The position numbers and the translations under genes were made by a program. Shown piece after piece: positions 1 to 12,652 of a stretch of 64,000 nucleotides of DNA. Position 1 is the first letter of the stretch. The number at the start of each line of letters is the position of its first letter. The stretch is from Azolla caroliniana (Eukaryota; Plantae; Polypodiophyta). The notes under the pieces were generated by a model that was not told the DNA's origin, did not search any database, and worked only from the letters and a program-made list of their open reading frames with translations. The stretch is taken from the NCBI GenBank assembly GCA_043228905.1, contig JBHGNT010000017.1, forward strand, positions 8,804,001-8,868,000, written 5' to 3'.

Positions 1-3
1 TGC

Positions 4-478
4 ATGGAGGCCTTCTCATTTCGCGAACAGAGAATTGCAAACGCGCATAGGCGATTGAAGATAATTAGACGTGAGCACCCAGAGCCCCCTAATGCACCTA
101 CCTCACCAGCAAACACTGACTCAGAAGGAGAAATGGACTGCATGACGCTCTCTGGGGTAGCCAAGAAGTGGTTAAAGCAACACGGATTGGAAGGATTCTT
201 GAGGATCATGGAGGCACCACCACACAAAGAGGCGGAAAGGGTTGTCAGAGCCATCGACACTGAAGTAATCACAGAAGAGGCCATCCGTGCCCTGACGGGC
301 CTACCCGAGGGCGGCATCTTCACCATCGACAACCCTACCCCGGAGCAGCTCACAAAATACTTTGGTGAGTATTCTCTAGCCAGCAAGGCATATCGCACAC
401 AGGGCGGCGAGGATGGCTTATTTCGGGAGATTGCTCGTGTACTGCACGAGTATGGCCATGTGTACCCTCGACCCCCGG
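4..478 (+). pseudogene. Truncated accessory 3' ORF (ORF3) of the non-chromoviral Gypsy family
   Basis: MTLSGVAKKWLKQHGLEGFLRIMEAPPH…FGEYSLASKAYRTQGGEDGLFREIAR…YPRPP aligns with 30360..31934 (MVLSEEARQWMRENGLKGLLRIADAPPH…FGEYSISSKAYRTQGGENLLFGEVAR…NPRPP). Similarity stops abruptly at about 478. Confidence 0.85.
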
Positions 479-1125
479 TTCAGAATCAGAATATTCTAGT
501 TGTTAGTATATTATAGAAATATTGTACGGTACATTCTAGAGATATTTCTTGAGTATATTCTAGAGATATTCAATCTCGAAACTTGTATAAATTACTTGTA
601 ACCTCCTTGGTCCCTTTCAAGGGATTCAACGCCAGTCATTGACACATCAATCTAGTATTCATGTTTCGCCCCATCTTGTGTTACGGGCATGACCATATAA
701 TATCCCGTGGTGAGAATTTACCATAGTATTCTATACACGTGGATAAGTGTGAGGGTTAAACGAGAGTGTAAAGAAGGGGAGGATTACTTTTAATCCTCGG
801 GATTGAGACAACCCATTAGGCCAAGTGTGAACTTGCCTAGGGTATCGCTATATATAAGAGGCCTAGCTACCCTCATTTCATCATCTTTTGACTATGTCGA
901 GACTCTGTTCTTGTGGTGGGTCAACTCTTGTAGCGAGCGCACCAGCACCAGGTACGACTCGACACCACGACAGTGGTATGGGACGCCGATCGAGGTTCGA
1001 GTCCGTCTCGATCCCTTCACTCGAGGGTGGTCGGGTGGATCAACACCCTTCTTTCTCTCTCTCCTTTCTATCTATCTATCTTTTATCCTTATCATATGCT
1101 TACATTAGGGCATATCTCTAATAGT

Positions 1126-1137
1126 TGGTATTAGAGC
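1126..1137 (+). promoter_or_regulatory. Primer-binding site, tRNA-iMet type
   Basis: TGGTATTAGAGC versus consensus TGGTATCAGAGC. Confidence 0.75.
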
Positions 1138-1350
1138 TCATGTTCTAATGTTTCTTTTGTTGTCTTTTGTCTTCTTGATTGATGGTGATCGATCGATGTG
1201 CAGTCGGCCTTGATCCAGAGAACGATCAGCAAAGGAATTCCGGTAATCTTTCTTGTTTTTTTTTCTATTTTTTCTTCTCCCTTCTAATAATGTATATGGT
1301 CATATGTAATTTTTTTTTCATTAATTCAATGATGTTGTAGTGGTAATTAA

Positions 1351-1559
1351 TGTTGTACGTTTTAGGGTTAGGGTTAATGGTAATGATGATTGGTGATGGA
1401 GATGGTGTGTTTAATGAGGATGATGAGCGTTATGGGATCGATGGTGAGAGAGACGACAAGCATTGAGAAGCATTGTGGGGTGGGGGGTGGTGCCTTGAAT
1501 GGCTCCACCCCCCTCCCAAGGGGGTTCAACGTTAAGGGGAGAGAGAGGAAGAGAGATGA

Positions 1560-1605
<46 letters not shown>

Positions 1606-1851
1606 TTATTCATGTTTCATTCATTCCCCATAAGGGGTTAAATAGTACAAGAGGGGGGTAGATACATTGGGGTGTAAGCCCCCTCGAGCATTCATACTGG
1701 ACACTCACTCACACCTCCTCGTATCCATCCACATGCACACACGTGACTCACAATTACATTTATGCTCCCTACACATACACAACAACATCATGATAACATT
1801 CGACCCTCGCTCATCACACTTGACTCTCTGTACATCTCGTACGGGGTAACA
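1351..1851 (-). repeat. 3' LTR containing a (GA)n microsatellite and telomere-like TTTAGGGTTAGGG
   Basis: Direct repeat of 4258-4740; (GA)n at about 1563-1600. Confidence 0.93.
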
Positions 1852-4257
1852 CAATATGGCACGCCGGTGGGAGAGTGCCTTGCACGTCGAGCCCACATGC
1901 CTTGATGATGATATTTCTTCGATCGGGACTTCCATCGGTCCTTTCAATGATCGACTCCCTCGATCGGAGTGCTTGACTCGAACATCTTTGTCGGTCAGCA
2001 AATCTTTCCGCGACACGAACATTCTCGTTCTGTCGGCTTACGAACTTCGTCATGGGTCCAAAATCATGTCGTGTATATGTATGTTCTTCCTTTGTTTTGA
2101 GTGTGTGTGAATAGTCTTGGGAATTTTCAAAATTTTGGTGGTGCCCTCTTGTATTTTTAAAATTTTGATATGTACCCTCGAGTTTTGAAATTTTCATTCA
2201 CTACCCCCAAATTTCTGAAATTTTGGGTTGCTACCCTCAACATTTTAAAATTTCTTCGCATGCCCCTCTCTTCTCTTTTTCCCTCTCATTTTTTTTCTTG
2301 TTTTCTTGTTTTTCTCTTGCTTCTGTCGTTTCCCTCCTTCCTCTGTTCTGTGCCTTCTCTTCTTCCATGACTTCTTCCTCTTCCTTCTCTGTTCCTTCTT
2401 TTGATTTCATTCGAGAGTTGTGTTTCGTCTTCTATTCTTCTATGTATTCTATTTCTTTGTTTGCATCTTCTATGTCGTTTCCTATCGTAGCCCTATCATA
2501 GCTTTCTCCTCCTCCTTCTCTTCTTCTTTTCATGTCTCTATTTTGGTGTTTTGAAGAATGGGGAGGAACGACATCTCCATTGTCATTGCCGTCTTTGTTG
2601 ATGTTTCGCTTTTTGGCTCTATTCAACTGTTTTTCTGGTAGCCGTTAAGACATTGTCTGCTATTCAGTAACTCTCGGATCGCCGGCTCTGTCCGGTCCAA
2701 CATTGTCTGTTGGTCTCTTTCCGACTCTCGGTTTGGCCTCTGCTTTCCGGCCTCTCCGGCCTTTGTCTATCTCATGGCCACTGTCCGGCCACCACGCTAT
2801 TGCGGACTCCGTCAAAGTCTTTGTTGATTTCCGTCAGTTTGAGTCTGCTTCTGTGTCTCCGACTCCGTTGCGGTTCTCCGGCTCCATGTCGTCTCCTTCT
2901 CCATTCCGGCACCGTTCGACCGCTCCGACCGCTCTCTGGCCGGCACTTTTCCGACCTCTCGTCAATCTTTGTCGGTGTCGCCGTTCTGGCCATCGATTCG
3001 TCTTCGTCCGGCCCGTTCCGGTCGTCGTCTGGTCCATTCCAGCCGGTTTTCCGGCTGTTGTCCGGCTACTCCCATCTCTGGTCATTTCGGTCTTGCTTTT
3101 CTCAAGCTTTCCACTGTTCGGCCTCTGTCCGGAAGACTCCATCTTCAGCCAGTGTCTCTTCGGCCTTCTTTCGGGGTCATCATTGTTGTTGTTGTCGGTT
3201 GTCGAGCTGCTGCCGTCGCTGCAACCCCTATCCGGCCGTTCTAGATGCTGTCCGACCACTCCGGCCACTTCTTGGCCGTCGTTCCGGACGCTTTACGGCC
3301 GTTGTCTGGCTATTCCGGCCCTGTTCGGTCGTCACTGTCTTTCTAGCCCTTCCGATGTCTGATTTTGTCCATCCATCCGGTGTCTCTTTTCATTTTGGAC
3401 GTCTTTTGGGCTGTATCCGTCCGGTTCATTCCGTTCTTTTCCCGTTTCTTCTATCCAGACCGTTCCATCGTGTTTATGTATTGTCTTCGGCCCCATCTGT
3501 GGTTTTCTACATCACGTCTTCTTGTCTGACTTCTCCGTTTCTGGCTATGTCGTATGTCCGTTTGGCATGTTTGGTCGTCCCTTTGTTGTCCAGCCCGTCC
3601 GTTGTCCGCCTTTGTCTAGTGTGTATCTAACCGGCCAATCTGGCCATCTTCATCTCCGTTCTGGCTGCAGTTCGGCCGTGTCTTTTCGGCCGCCTCTGCA
3701 ACCTTCTGATCATCGTTGCTATTCTGGCCGTCGTCCGTCCGGTGTTGTTGGTTTCTCTGGTCGTCGATGTCTAGTTTGCGTTTGCATCTCTTCTCTGTCT
3801 TCTATGGTCCTTCTGGTTCTTGTTCCGATTTCGGTTCCGACTCTCTTCGCATTGTTTCTTCTAGAACCATTGCCCGTGCATTCTTAGCACATCCTGCCGG
3901 TCTTCGCTCCACACACTGCGACTTTCTCCGCAGTCTCCTGGTGGGCTTCTCTTTCCGGTTGTGTTGGCACTGGTTCCCTCTGCGTTGCTGTTTGTCCAGC
4001 CGTGCATCTTGCACTACGCTTTTGAGAACACGCACATTGTCGCTAACCGCTTTCGGAAACACGCACATGGACACTAATCGCAACCTCGCACAAACATTGT
4101 TGCCATTCATGCATTCCTCCATAGACTTCCTCCAACATCTTCACCGTCATTTTCGCGTTTCGCTATTTCTTGCACTTAGTCGTTATGGCTTGCACATCCG
4201 CGTATCATTCTTCGCCTCCGTTTCCAAAGGGGGGTCGCCTTCGTGGTCGCCAAAAGG

Positions 4258-4740
4258 TGTTGTACGTTTTAGGGTTAGGGTTAATGGTAATGATGATTGG
4301 TGATGGAGATGGTGTGTTTAATGAGGATGATGAGCGTTATGGGATCGATGGTGAGAGAGACGACAAGCATTGAGAAGCATTGTGGGGTGGGGGGTGGTGC
4401 CTTGAATGGCTCCACCCCCCTCCCAAGAGGGTTCAACGTTAAGGGGAGAGAGAGGAAGAGAGATGACAAAGAGAGAGAGAGAGAGAGAGAATGATTATTC
4501 ATGTTTCATTCATTCCCCATAAGGGGTTAAATAGTACAAGAGGGGGGTAGATACATTGGGGTGTAAGCCCCCTCGAGCATTCATACTGGACACTCACTCA
4601 CACCTCCTCGTATCCATCCACATGCACACACGTGACTCACAATTACATTTATGCTCCCTACACATACACAACAACATCATGATAACATTCGACCCTCGCT
4701 CATCACACTTGACTCTCTGTACATCTCGTACGGGGTAACA
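4258..4740 (-). repeat. 5' LTR of the non-autonomous element
   Basis: Direct repeat of 1351-1851, adjacent to the PBS. Confidence 0.93.
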
Positions 4741-4759
4741 ATTAATTGGTTATATAAAA

Positions 4760-5040
4760 CGTTTACATATGTGCACGAGGTCAATACCTCATTTGACATA
4801 AATTTAATATGTGATTAGTGTCGTATGCGTACAAGGTTAATACCTCAATTACATATTACGTTCACAAACACATGTTACGTTTGCATACAAGGTCATTACC
4901 TTGATTTGTATGTAAATGATACGTGTTTGGTGTCGTATGCGTATGAGGTCAATACCTCAATTGTGTATTACGATTAACCCTTATTGTTAGATGTTTCGTG
5001 TGCGTAGAGGGTATATGCCTCGCTTACGTATCTCGATTAC
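4760..5040. repeat. Degenerate tandem repeats in the Gypsy leader
   Basis: Recurring gtatgcgta(c/t)(a/g)aggt(c/t)aatacctc at about 55-bp spacing. Confidence 0.55.
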
Positions 5041-6201
5041 ATCATTTTTGGCTATTTTATATTACGATTTCTTTTATATATGCATATGTGGTCACGTGTA
5101 TACGTATTTGATCGTATATATGTGATAATATATATATGTGTATATAAGTTATTATGTGATTTCATTAACAAATGTTTTCCTTTTTGGTGGCCATCCTCAC
5201 ATTTTTGTGAGAATGGCGTTGTCACCATCCCTTTTTCAACAAATTTTTATTGTTGACATCCCCATTGGTGACTTTGATTTCATTACATAATGAAACAATC
5301 TTAGCCACAATGGTGTTTAGAATGTAGGGCTTGACCCACTTGATGTGAGGTCACTCTTATGACACACATATCCAACATCCCTCCCTCATTACATGGATAC
5401 GATGCCGCCATGAGCTCATTCTTATGAAAGGCATTCGTAATGACGTAATCATGTGATGAGCCACGTGGGCCTACTATGAAAAGAGGGCTCATTTGGCTTG
5501 ACCATTAGGTTGCACTTTGGCGTATGCCATCGTAATTATGAGACTTGAGGTTAGGTAACGTACCAACAAAGTTTGTGGTAAACGAGGGGGAAATAAGGAC
5601 TCTTGACATATATGTTTCTTTTAAAAAAACATATATGGGCAAATGTTTCACATATCTCTTATACATATTAAATAGTAAACATTCAAGAAGACTAACCTAC
5701 TTGGTTGGCTCAAGTGTTTAATGCATTTGTTCTTGAGGTCTCAAGTTCAAATATGACCAAGACCATACCACATCATTGATACATATGATTATAACACATG
5801 TTTAGACTTGAGGTCTAAGTGCACTTCGGGGTCCTCGTAATAGGACTTAAAGAGCCGAAACCACATATGTGGGCACCGAAACATAGTTTATATTTAACAT
5901 TTTTTTCGTGTATAAACTATTCATGACGCGAACATACATGGTTGAGCCTTAGGGAGCCTACATGAAAAAAATCGATATAGAGATCAGGGAAAGACATTTA
6001 TTTGTCACCCCCATGGTTTTTAAAACACCTTTGTGTTACCATAGTAACCGGATCTTGAACCTCATCTCATATGTCTAGAGGGGTATTGACATGAGATCAT
6101 GATATCGATTAATGTTTCCCCATGATATGTTTACATCACGACATGATGTTATGACTATTCGTCTGACCTTATCCTATTTCTTTGCCAGAAATAATCATTC
6201 A

Positions 6202-7095
6202 ATGGATCAAAATAAAAACCCGATGTCATCCGCTCAAGCGGAAGGAACTCAAGGAAATCCTCCTGGACAAATGTCCATTGAGATGTATTTTTCACAAATA
6301 AGCCATTACCTTAGTTTCATCGCTCAACAGATGACCGAACTTCGGCAATCTCAAAGTGCTCTCGAGGCACGTGTCATTAGTTTACAACGTGAGACTAATA
6401 CACCTGATGAGCGATAGGGTGAACCATCATTTGTCGTTAAGCCATTTACGGGAGAAAAAAAGGAAAGAATTGAAGAAGCAATCTGCATGTGGCTGGGCCG
6501 ATGGGAGTCTCATTTTGAGCTCTATCCCATGCCAGATAGTACGAAGATTGCATATGTCGGCCAAGAACTAGGGGGTAAGGCCGCCGCTTGGTGGTGTGGG
6601 CTCCGTACTTTGGGGAAATTGCCCGATACTTGGATAGAATTTGTCACAGTTTTAAAGGGCCAATTTCTGCAACCTCCCTCTTAAACCAAGGCAGCACAAG
6701 CTTCAATGAACCTCTCTAGTAGGAAGTTTTCCTTGCTAGAAGACTATGTTCACCATGCTAGAACCCAAATCCAAAAATCGGGTCTAGAAGGGGACAATTG
6801 GTTAATAGCTTGTTTTGTCAATGGCATCCCCAATTCGGACTATCACTGGATAATGCACGATAAGGATCCAAAATCCTTCGAAGAGGCCATTGAAATAGTT
6901 CTTTGCTATCAACGCACTTCGAAGAAGGATCGCAACAAACCCAACGAAGCGCCCATGACTAAGCAGTCACAATTTGTTGGGAAATGCAAGACATCCAACG
7001 AATTCATGGATTGCGATTGTAAGCGACAACATCCTTTTTGCGTATTCTGCAAAAAGAAGGGTCATACAAAAGAGCAATGTCGAAAGCTCCAATGA
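6202..7095 (+). pseudogene. gag: Gypsy gag remnant with CCHC zinc knuckle
   Basis: WLGRWESHF…KIAYVGQELGGKAAAWW…TWIEFVTVLKGQF and CVFCKKKGHTKEQC, with in-frame stops. Confidence 0.85.
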
Positions 7096-7199
7096 AAAGA
7101 GCATGACAACAAAGATAAAGCTGCAGACCATAAAGGTCAAATTCCTAATGTCCTTCAAGTCTATACACATCATTTAAGTAATTGTCAATGTTCTTTCCC

Positions 7200-8613
7200 T
7201 CACTATGTATTGGGTCCTAATGATTTACATCGTGCAAACGGGTATATCAATGGATCTCCTGTACAAGTTTTGTTTCATTCGGGAAGCTCACACAACTTTG
7301 TGAATGATCATTTGGTTTAGATATGGGGAATCCAACCCACCGTAAGTGATCACACCTATACGGTGCACTTGGCTGATGGAAGAGTACAATACATCAACGA
7401 GGCGATTCATTCATTAGGAATTTCAATTGATACTTATATAGACGAAGTAGACTTCCATGTAATGAATCTTTGTACCACTGATGTAATACTGGGTTATCCC
7501 TGGTTTTATAATAAAAACTCTTCTTTATCTATTGATTGGCTTCATCATTCAATAACTTTTGTACTGAACGATTGTACTCATTTATTCAATGTGTAAAAAA
7601 ACAATCCCTCTCGATTGTTTCCTCTCCATCAATATCCAAGTTGTCTTGTTCTACTCTATTTTATTGTGTACTTGATCCAGACATTCACGTTTACAATATC
7701 GATAATGTCTCGGTTCAATTAACATATTTTGAACAACAACAACAACTTGATGAAATCTTCAATGATTTTCGTGATGTTTTTCCAAGTGAACTACCAGATG
7801 GGTTACCTCCTAAACATAATATAGACCATCGTATAGATATTGTACCTGGCGTTGCACCAATAAGTATACCTCCTTATCGCTTAAGTCGATCCGAAGAGGA
7901 TGAGGTATGTAAGCAACTCAAGGACTATTTACGAATGGGTTATATACGTTATAGTAAATCTCCATGGGGTGCACCTGTTCTCTTGGTAAAAAAGAAAGAG
8001 GGCACATGGCGTATGTGTATTAATTACCAACGCTTGAATAAAGTGATGATCAAGAATTCATATCCATTGCCTCGGGCTGACGATCTAATTGACCGTCTCC
8101 AGGGAATTCGATATTTTACGAAACTTGATCTCCGTACGGGCTACCATCAAATTCGTATAACTGAGGATGATGTTCCTAAAACGGCATTTCGTACACGCTA
8201 TGGCCATTATGAGTTTTTGGTTATGCCTTTTGATTTGACCAATGCTCCGGTTACATTTCAACAAGAAATGAATGACATTTTCCGAGAACAACTTGGAAAA
8301 TTTGTCGTTATTTTTTTGGATGATATTTTAGTTTATAGTTATACATTACAAGAACATGCTAAACATGTCTGCTTTGTTTTACAAACATTGCGTGACAAAC
8401 AATTTTATGCGAAGATCTCAAAATATGAGTTCTTCAAGAAATCAATTACTTATCTTGGACATCTCATAACCGAACGAGGAGTTGAAATTGATCCTTCTAG
8501 CATTGGGAAAATCAAGCTTTGGCCCACTCTTCGGAATATTCGACAGGTTTGATCATTCCTTGGTTTTGTTGGGTTTTTGCGAAAATCCCTTCATAATTAC
8601 TCCCAATTGACAA
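7200..8613 (+). pseudogene. pol: Gypsy pol remnant (aspartic protease and reverse transcriptase)
   Basis: [65 protein letters not shown]. Contains a frameshift and stops. Confidence 0.93.
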
Positions 8614-9040
8614 TGTCAGGGACACACCAAGTGCGGACTAAGATGAAGCACGGATGATGAGGCTACGACGAAGCAATGAAGGAATGACACAAGAGCATAA
8701 AGATAGAGATGAAGATTAAGGAGACAAGATTGGATGAAATGAGAATACTAGATTGATATGTCCATGACTAGCGTTGTTCACCTTGAATTCCTTCAAGGTG
8801 AACTCAACTATTTATACTAAGTGGCATGTATACCTGTTGCACGCATGCGATACAATAGAGCATGTAGGCAGTAGGTACGCATGCATGTGCCAAGTGTTAA
8901 TAATACAAGGGAGAAATTATGCACATGATGCTAGCTAAAACCTACAATGAGGAAGTATATACATGATTATATGCTAGATGTGTGGTTAACACATAACACT
9001 CGATTATAACATGGTCATGTCAAGAGTTCGAATCTTGACA
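8614..9040 (-). repeat. 3' LTR of a minus-strand chromoviral Gypsy
   Basis: TGTCA…TGACA termini. A minus-strand PPT (TTGAAGGGGGGATAA, 9041-9055) abuts it. Confidence 0.75.
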
Positions 9041-9113
9041 TTATCCCCCCTTCAACGATGCCTTCCCAAATCGTTTGTCGGCTTAAGGGGATATTATTGA
9101 TGAAAATCTTAGA

Positions 9114-9180
9114 TCACCTCCAAAGTATTTTGTAAATCCTAGGCAAGGAGTAACCCTTCCACAAGACAAGGTATTTAACA
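9114..9180 (-). pseudogene. Chromodomain remnant of integrase
   Basis: KYLVLWKGYS resembles the chromodomain motif YLVKWKGY and lies just upstream of the PPT. Confidence 0.55.
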
Positions 9181-9988
9181 CCAACGGGCATGAGCAACCA
9201 TGTGTGGTCCTCACCTAGAACTGGAACACAAATATCAATGGGTGTGAGCGACCATGTGCGGTCCTCATGGGGAGCATGAACACCAAGGGGCATGAGTAAC
9301 CATGTGAGGTCCTTGCCGGGAATTGGAACGGTCCTTGCTGAGAGTTGGAACACGAACACCAACGAGCGTGAGCAACCATGTTGTCCTCACTGAGAAATGG
9401 AACACGAACGAATGAGTGACCATGTGGCCCTCACCGGGAACAAGAACACGAATGGGAGTAATCGACCATGTGCGGTCCTCACCGGGAACTGGAACATGAA
9501 CAATGGGCATGAGCGACCATGTCGGTCCTCACCGGGATTTGGAACACGAACAATAGTTGGAGTGAGCGGCCATGTGCGGTCCTCACTGGAGACTGGAACA
9601 CGAACGAGAGTGAGCGACCATGCGGCCCTCACTTGGAACAGGAACACGAACGGGAGTGAGCAGCCATGTCCGGCCCTCACTGGGAACAAGAACACGAACG
9701 GGAGTGAGCGGCCATGTGTGGCCCTCACCGGGAACAAGAACACGAACGGGCGTGAGCGACCATGTGGCCCTCATCGGGAACTCGAACACGAACGTGTGTG
9801 AGCAACCATGCGGCCCTCACTGGGACACCAATGGGAGTGAGCAGCCTTGTGCGGACCTCACCGGGAACTGGAACACGAACACCAACGGGAGTGAGTGGCC
9901 TTGTGCGGCCCTCATCGGGAACTGGAACACGAATACCAACGGGAGTGAGCGACCTTGTGCGGCCCTCACGGGGAACCAGAACATGAAC
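9175..9988. repeat. Minisatellite array of about 18 units of about 41-53 bp
   Basis: Unit approximately GGGAGTGAGCGACCATGTGCGGCCCTCACCGGGAACTGGAACACGAAC(ACCAAC). Confidence 0.92.
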
Positions 9989-11226
9989 ACTCAGGTGTTG
10001 ACTAAACTCTCCTCGCAAGGCTTGAATTTCAAAGAAGAAATCAAGGCCCTTGCACTTCTTTTGAGCCTCCCAACGACCTTGGAAAGTTTTACGTACAACC
10101 ATCACCAACAACTCGTCGATGCTAACGCTAGACGAAGCAATCATGGCGGTATTGTCATAGGTGCTTTGAAGAAAATCGATGGGTCTCACCATCAACGATA
10201 ATGTCGAAGCTCACTTCTCCAAGGGATTGGTTAATTAGAGTTGGCTAGGGAGGAGAAATGATCAACAATAGTCGAAGTTGAGGAGCGGGATGCCAAATAC
10301 CTACTGCACCCATTGCAAGAAGGCTAACCACAACGTTGCTGATTGTTGGTCGTGAAATAAGAAGGGAAATGGCAGAATATTCGATCGAAATATAACCTCT
10401 TCCAATTTGAATCAGCCTTCGATCGACAACCAAATACATGTTGCCGAATCCCAGTCGGGAGAAGTAATTTCTTGGGAAGGCTTGTTGACCGAAGAGATCC
10501 TATTTAGTGCACATGATGCACAAACGTGGTTTCTTCATTCGGGCACCACATTTCACAAGGACCCCCACAAAGAATGGTTTTTGGACTATTCGACCGGTGC
10601 CGGCTTAGTCTAACTCAGAAATAGGTAGGAGTGCCGAATTGCCGAACATGCGAAATACCCATTTGGTTGCCGAATGGAAGTCAGATCACCTTGCACCAAG
10701 TCCGGCACGTACCCGATCTCAAAAGGAGTCTTCTCCATTGGCATGTTAGTCGAACATGGGTACAAGACGACACTAAGTGAGTTGTCATGATAGATCACAA
10801 AAGGTAATCTACATATCAGCCATGGTGTGAGATACAACAACCAATATTCACTCACAATGATTAGTCGGGAGGCATCACTAAACATAGCTGAATTGCAGAC
10901 ATGTGGCACAATCGACTCGAGCATATGTCACAAACTAGGATTGAATGACTTTCAGCAATCGGCTACATCCTGAAGCTCAACCATGCGGAGTCAAACTTTT
11001 GCAAACATTGCCGACTCAGGAAACAAACCTAAAGTTCACACTCAGTTAACTATGAGAGGGTACGACAGCCCATGGAACTGATCTACATTGATATTTGCAG
11101 GCTAATGCCCAAAAGATCTCGGGGAGGCATGCGGCACTTCATCACGTTCATGGATGATTGTACTCGCAAAGTATGGGCTTATTTGATTAAATCCAAGGAT
11201 GAAGCGCTCGAAGTTTTTGCCGAGTA
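9989..11226 (+). pseudogene. Ty1/Copia gag-protease-integrase fragment
   Basis: KLSSQGLNFKEEIKALALLLSLP (gag), TWFLHSGTTFH (protease), HFITFMDDCTRKVWAYLIKSKDEALEVF (integrase). Confidence 0.85.
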
Positions 11227-11430
11227 TGATACGCGGAAGAATATTTGAGGACATGCAAGATGATGTCAAGCAAACAACGTGGACAAGACAGAGAAGTAGA
11301 ATGTGCACAATATGGATGAAGCGCTCGAAGTTTTTGCCGAGTATGATATGCGGAAGAATATTTGAGGACATGCAAGATGATGTCAAGCAAACAACGTGGA
11401 CAAGACAGAGAAGTAGAATGTGCACAATAT
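11197..11430. repeat. 117-bp tandem duplication spanning an integrase/LTR junction
   Basis: 11197-11313 matches 11314-11430 with one mismatch seen. Confidence 0.9.
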
Positions 11431-12416
11431 GAAGGATAGTAAGAAGCAAGAGAACTAAGTTGAATATCTAATGGAAACTTGTTATTCTCTTTTGTAAATC
11501 TCTCTCTTTACAATGTTACATTTGGGCTCATATATACTCAAGCCCTAACTTGAGGACGTGTTCATACTTAGGATACAATTTGGAAGGAGTTGGCCTTTTA
11601 TAGCAACAAAATCCCCTGTAAAACGACTACTCTTCCTATGTATACAAATAATTGGGGTTATCTCCCCCATGAACCTAGAGTACAATTTTGATCTATAGTT
11701 ACAATTGTATGGATACAAGGCAATCGGCATTCGACCGAATCTGCACCGGTAGAGTTGGCATATAGTCTGACTTGGCTAGTCGTCTGGGTTGGCTTGTCTG
11801 AGTCGGTTGGATCGTCTTGTGTTTGAATCAGCCCATTCGATTGGATCGGCTTGTGTATAATTCTGACTCTTGGCCGTTGGCTGATCGTATGCTTCTCACT
11901 CGTGCTTGCTCATCTGCTCCCCATTGGATCTTCGATCGGTCCTCGACACCGCTTGCCCCTCGATCTTCTCCTATTTAGTTGGTCTCCTCACATTTAGCTC
12001 CATCCTTACATTCTCCGTATTTCGACTCCTTCAACTCTACCCTTTCGGCTCATTCGGCCGGGCCGTTCTTCGACTTTCCTGCTGTGATTATTTGTTCGGC
12101 TCTCTTTTGCTTGGTTGCTTGTCGTAGTCCCCTCATGTTCCTTAGTGCTCTGAAGTATTGTTCTGGGAGTGGTTTCGTCAGGAAATCGATGATGTTCACC
12201 TCGGTATTTATCTTCTAGATTTCGAGCTTCTTCTCTGTTACGAGCTCCCGGATGTGATGGTACCACACCTCAATGTGTTTCGTCTTCGCCTGGTAGACAA
12301 GATTTTGAATGAGGTGTATTGTGCTCTATGAGTTGCAATAGATGGTTGGCGCTTGACAGTCAGGTTTTCTTTTTGACAAGAAGTCAGCCGAAAGTTGGTG
12401 TGGCCAGATTGCTTCC

Positions 12417-12652
12417 TTCGCTGCTTCTGATGTGGCAATGTACTCAGCCTCTATTAGGGCCATGCATTCTTGCAATTTTGACCTCCATGATATGGCGCCG
12501 GCACCATAGGTGATTAAGCCTGATGTCGACTTTTCTTTCGCTGCTTCTGATGTGGCAATGTACTCAGCCTCTATTAGGGCCATGCATTCTTGCAATTTTG
12601 ACCTCCATGATATGGCACCGGCACCATAGGTAATTATGCCTGATGTTGACTT
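12417..12652. repeat. 120-bp tandem duplication in Copia RNase H
   Basis: ttcgctgcttctgatgtggcaatgtactcagcc… at 12417 and 12537; the peptide QECMALIEAEYIATSEAAKE is duplicated. Confidence 0.9.

Larger units (their letters stand above)
1351..4740 (-). mobile_element. Young non-autonomous LTR element (3.4 kb) with dual tRNA sites
   Basis: LTRs 1351-1851 and 4258-4740 (TGTT…AACA) are nearly identical apart from (GA)n length and about one substitution. 5-bp TSD ATTAA at 1346-1350 and 4741-4745. No gag/pol motifs inside. Minus-strand PBS TGGCGACCACGAAGG at 4252-4238. Confidence 0.93.
479..8613 (+). mobile_element. Degenerate chromovirus-type Ty3/Gypsy (5' LTR, Met PBS, long leader, gag, pol), interrupted at 1351-4740 and truncated at 8614
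   Basis: An LTR-like segment ends at about 1123 and is followed by TGGTATTAGAGC (1126-1137, Met-i PBS variant). gag and PR-RT remnants lie downstream. The left boundary is approximate. Confidence 0.7.

Noticed and set aside
2703-4303. Long plus-strand ORFs (219, 306 and 195 aa)
   Set aside because: Low-complexity S/R/L/P-rich shadows of a pyrimidine-skewed strand inside a minus-strand element; no domain motifs.
9175-9988. Possible CRISPR-like array
   Set aside because: Units are head-to-tail with no unique spacers, there are no cas genes, and the context is eukaryotic retrotransposon sequence.
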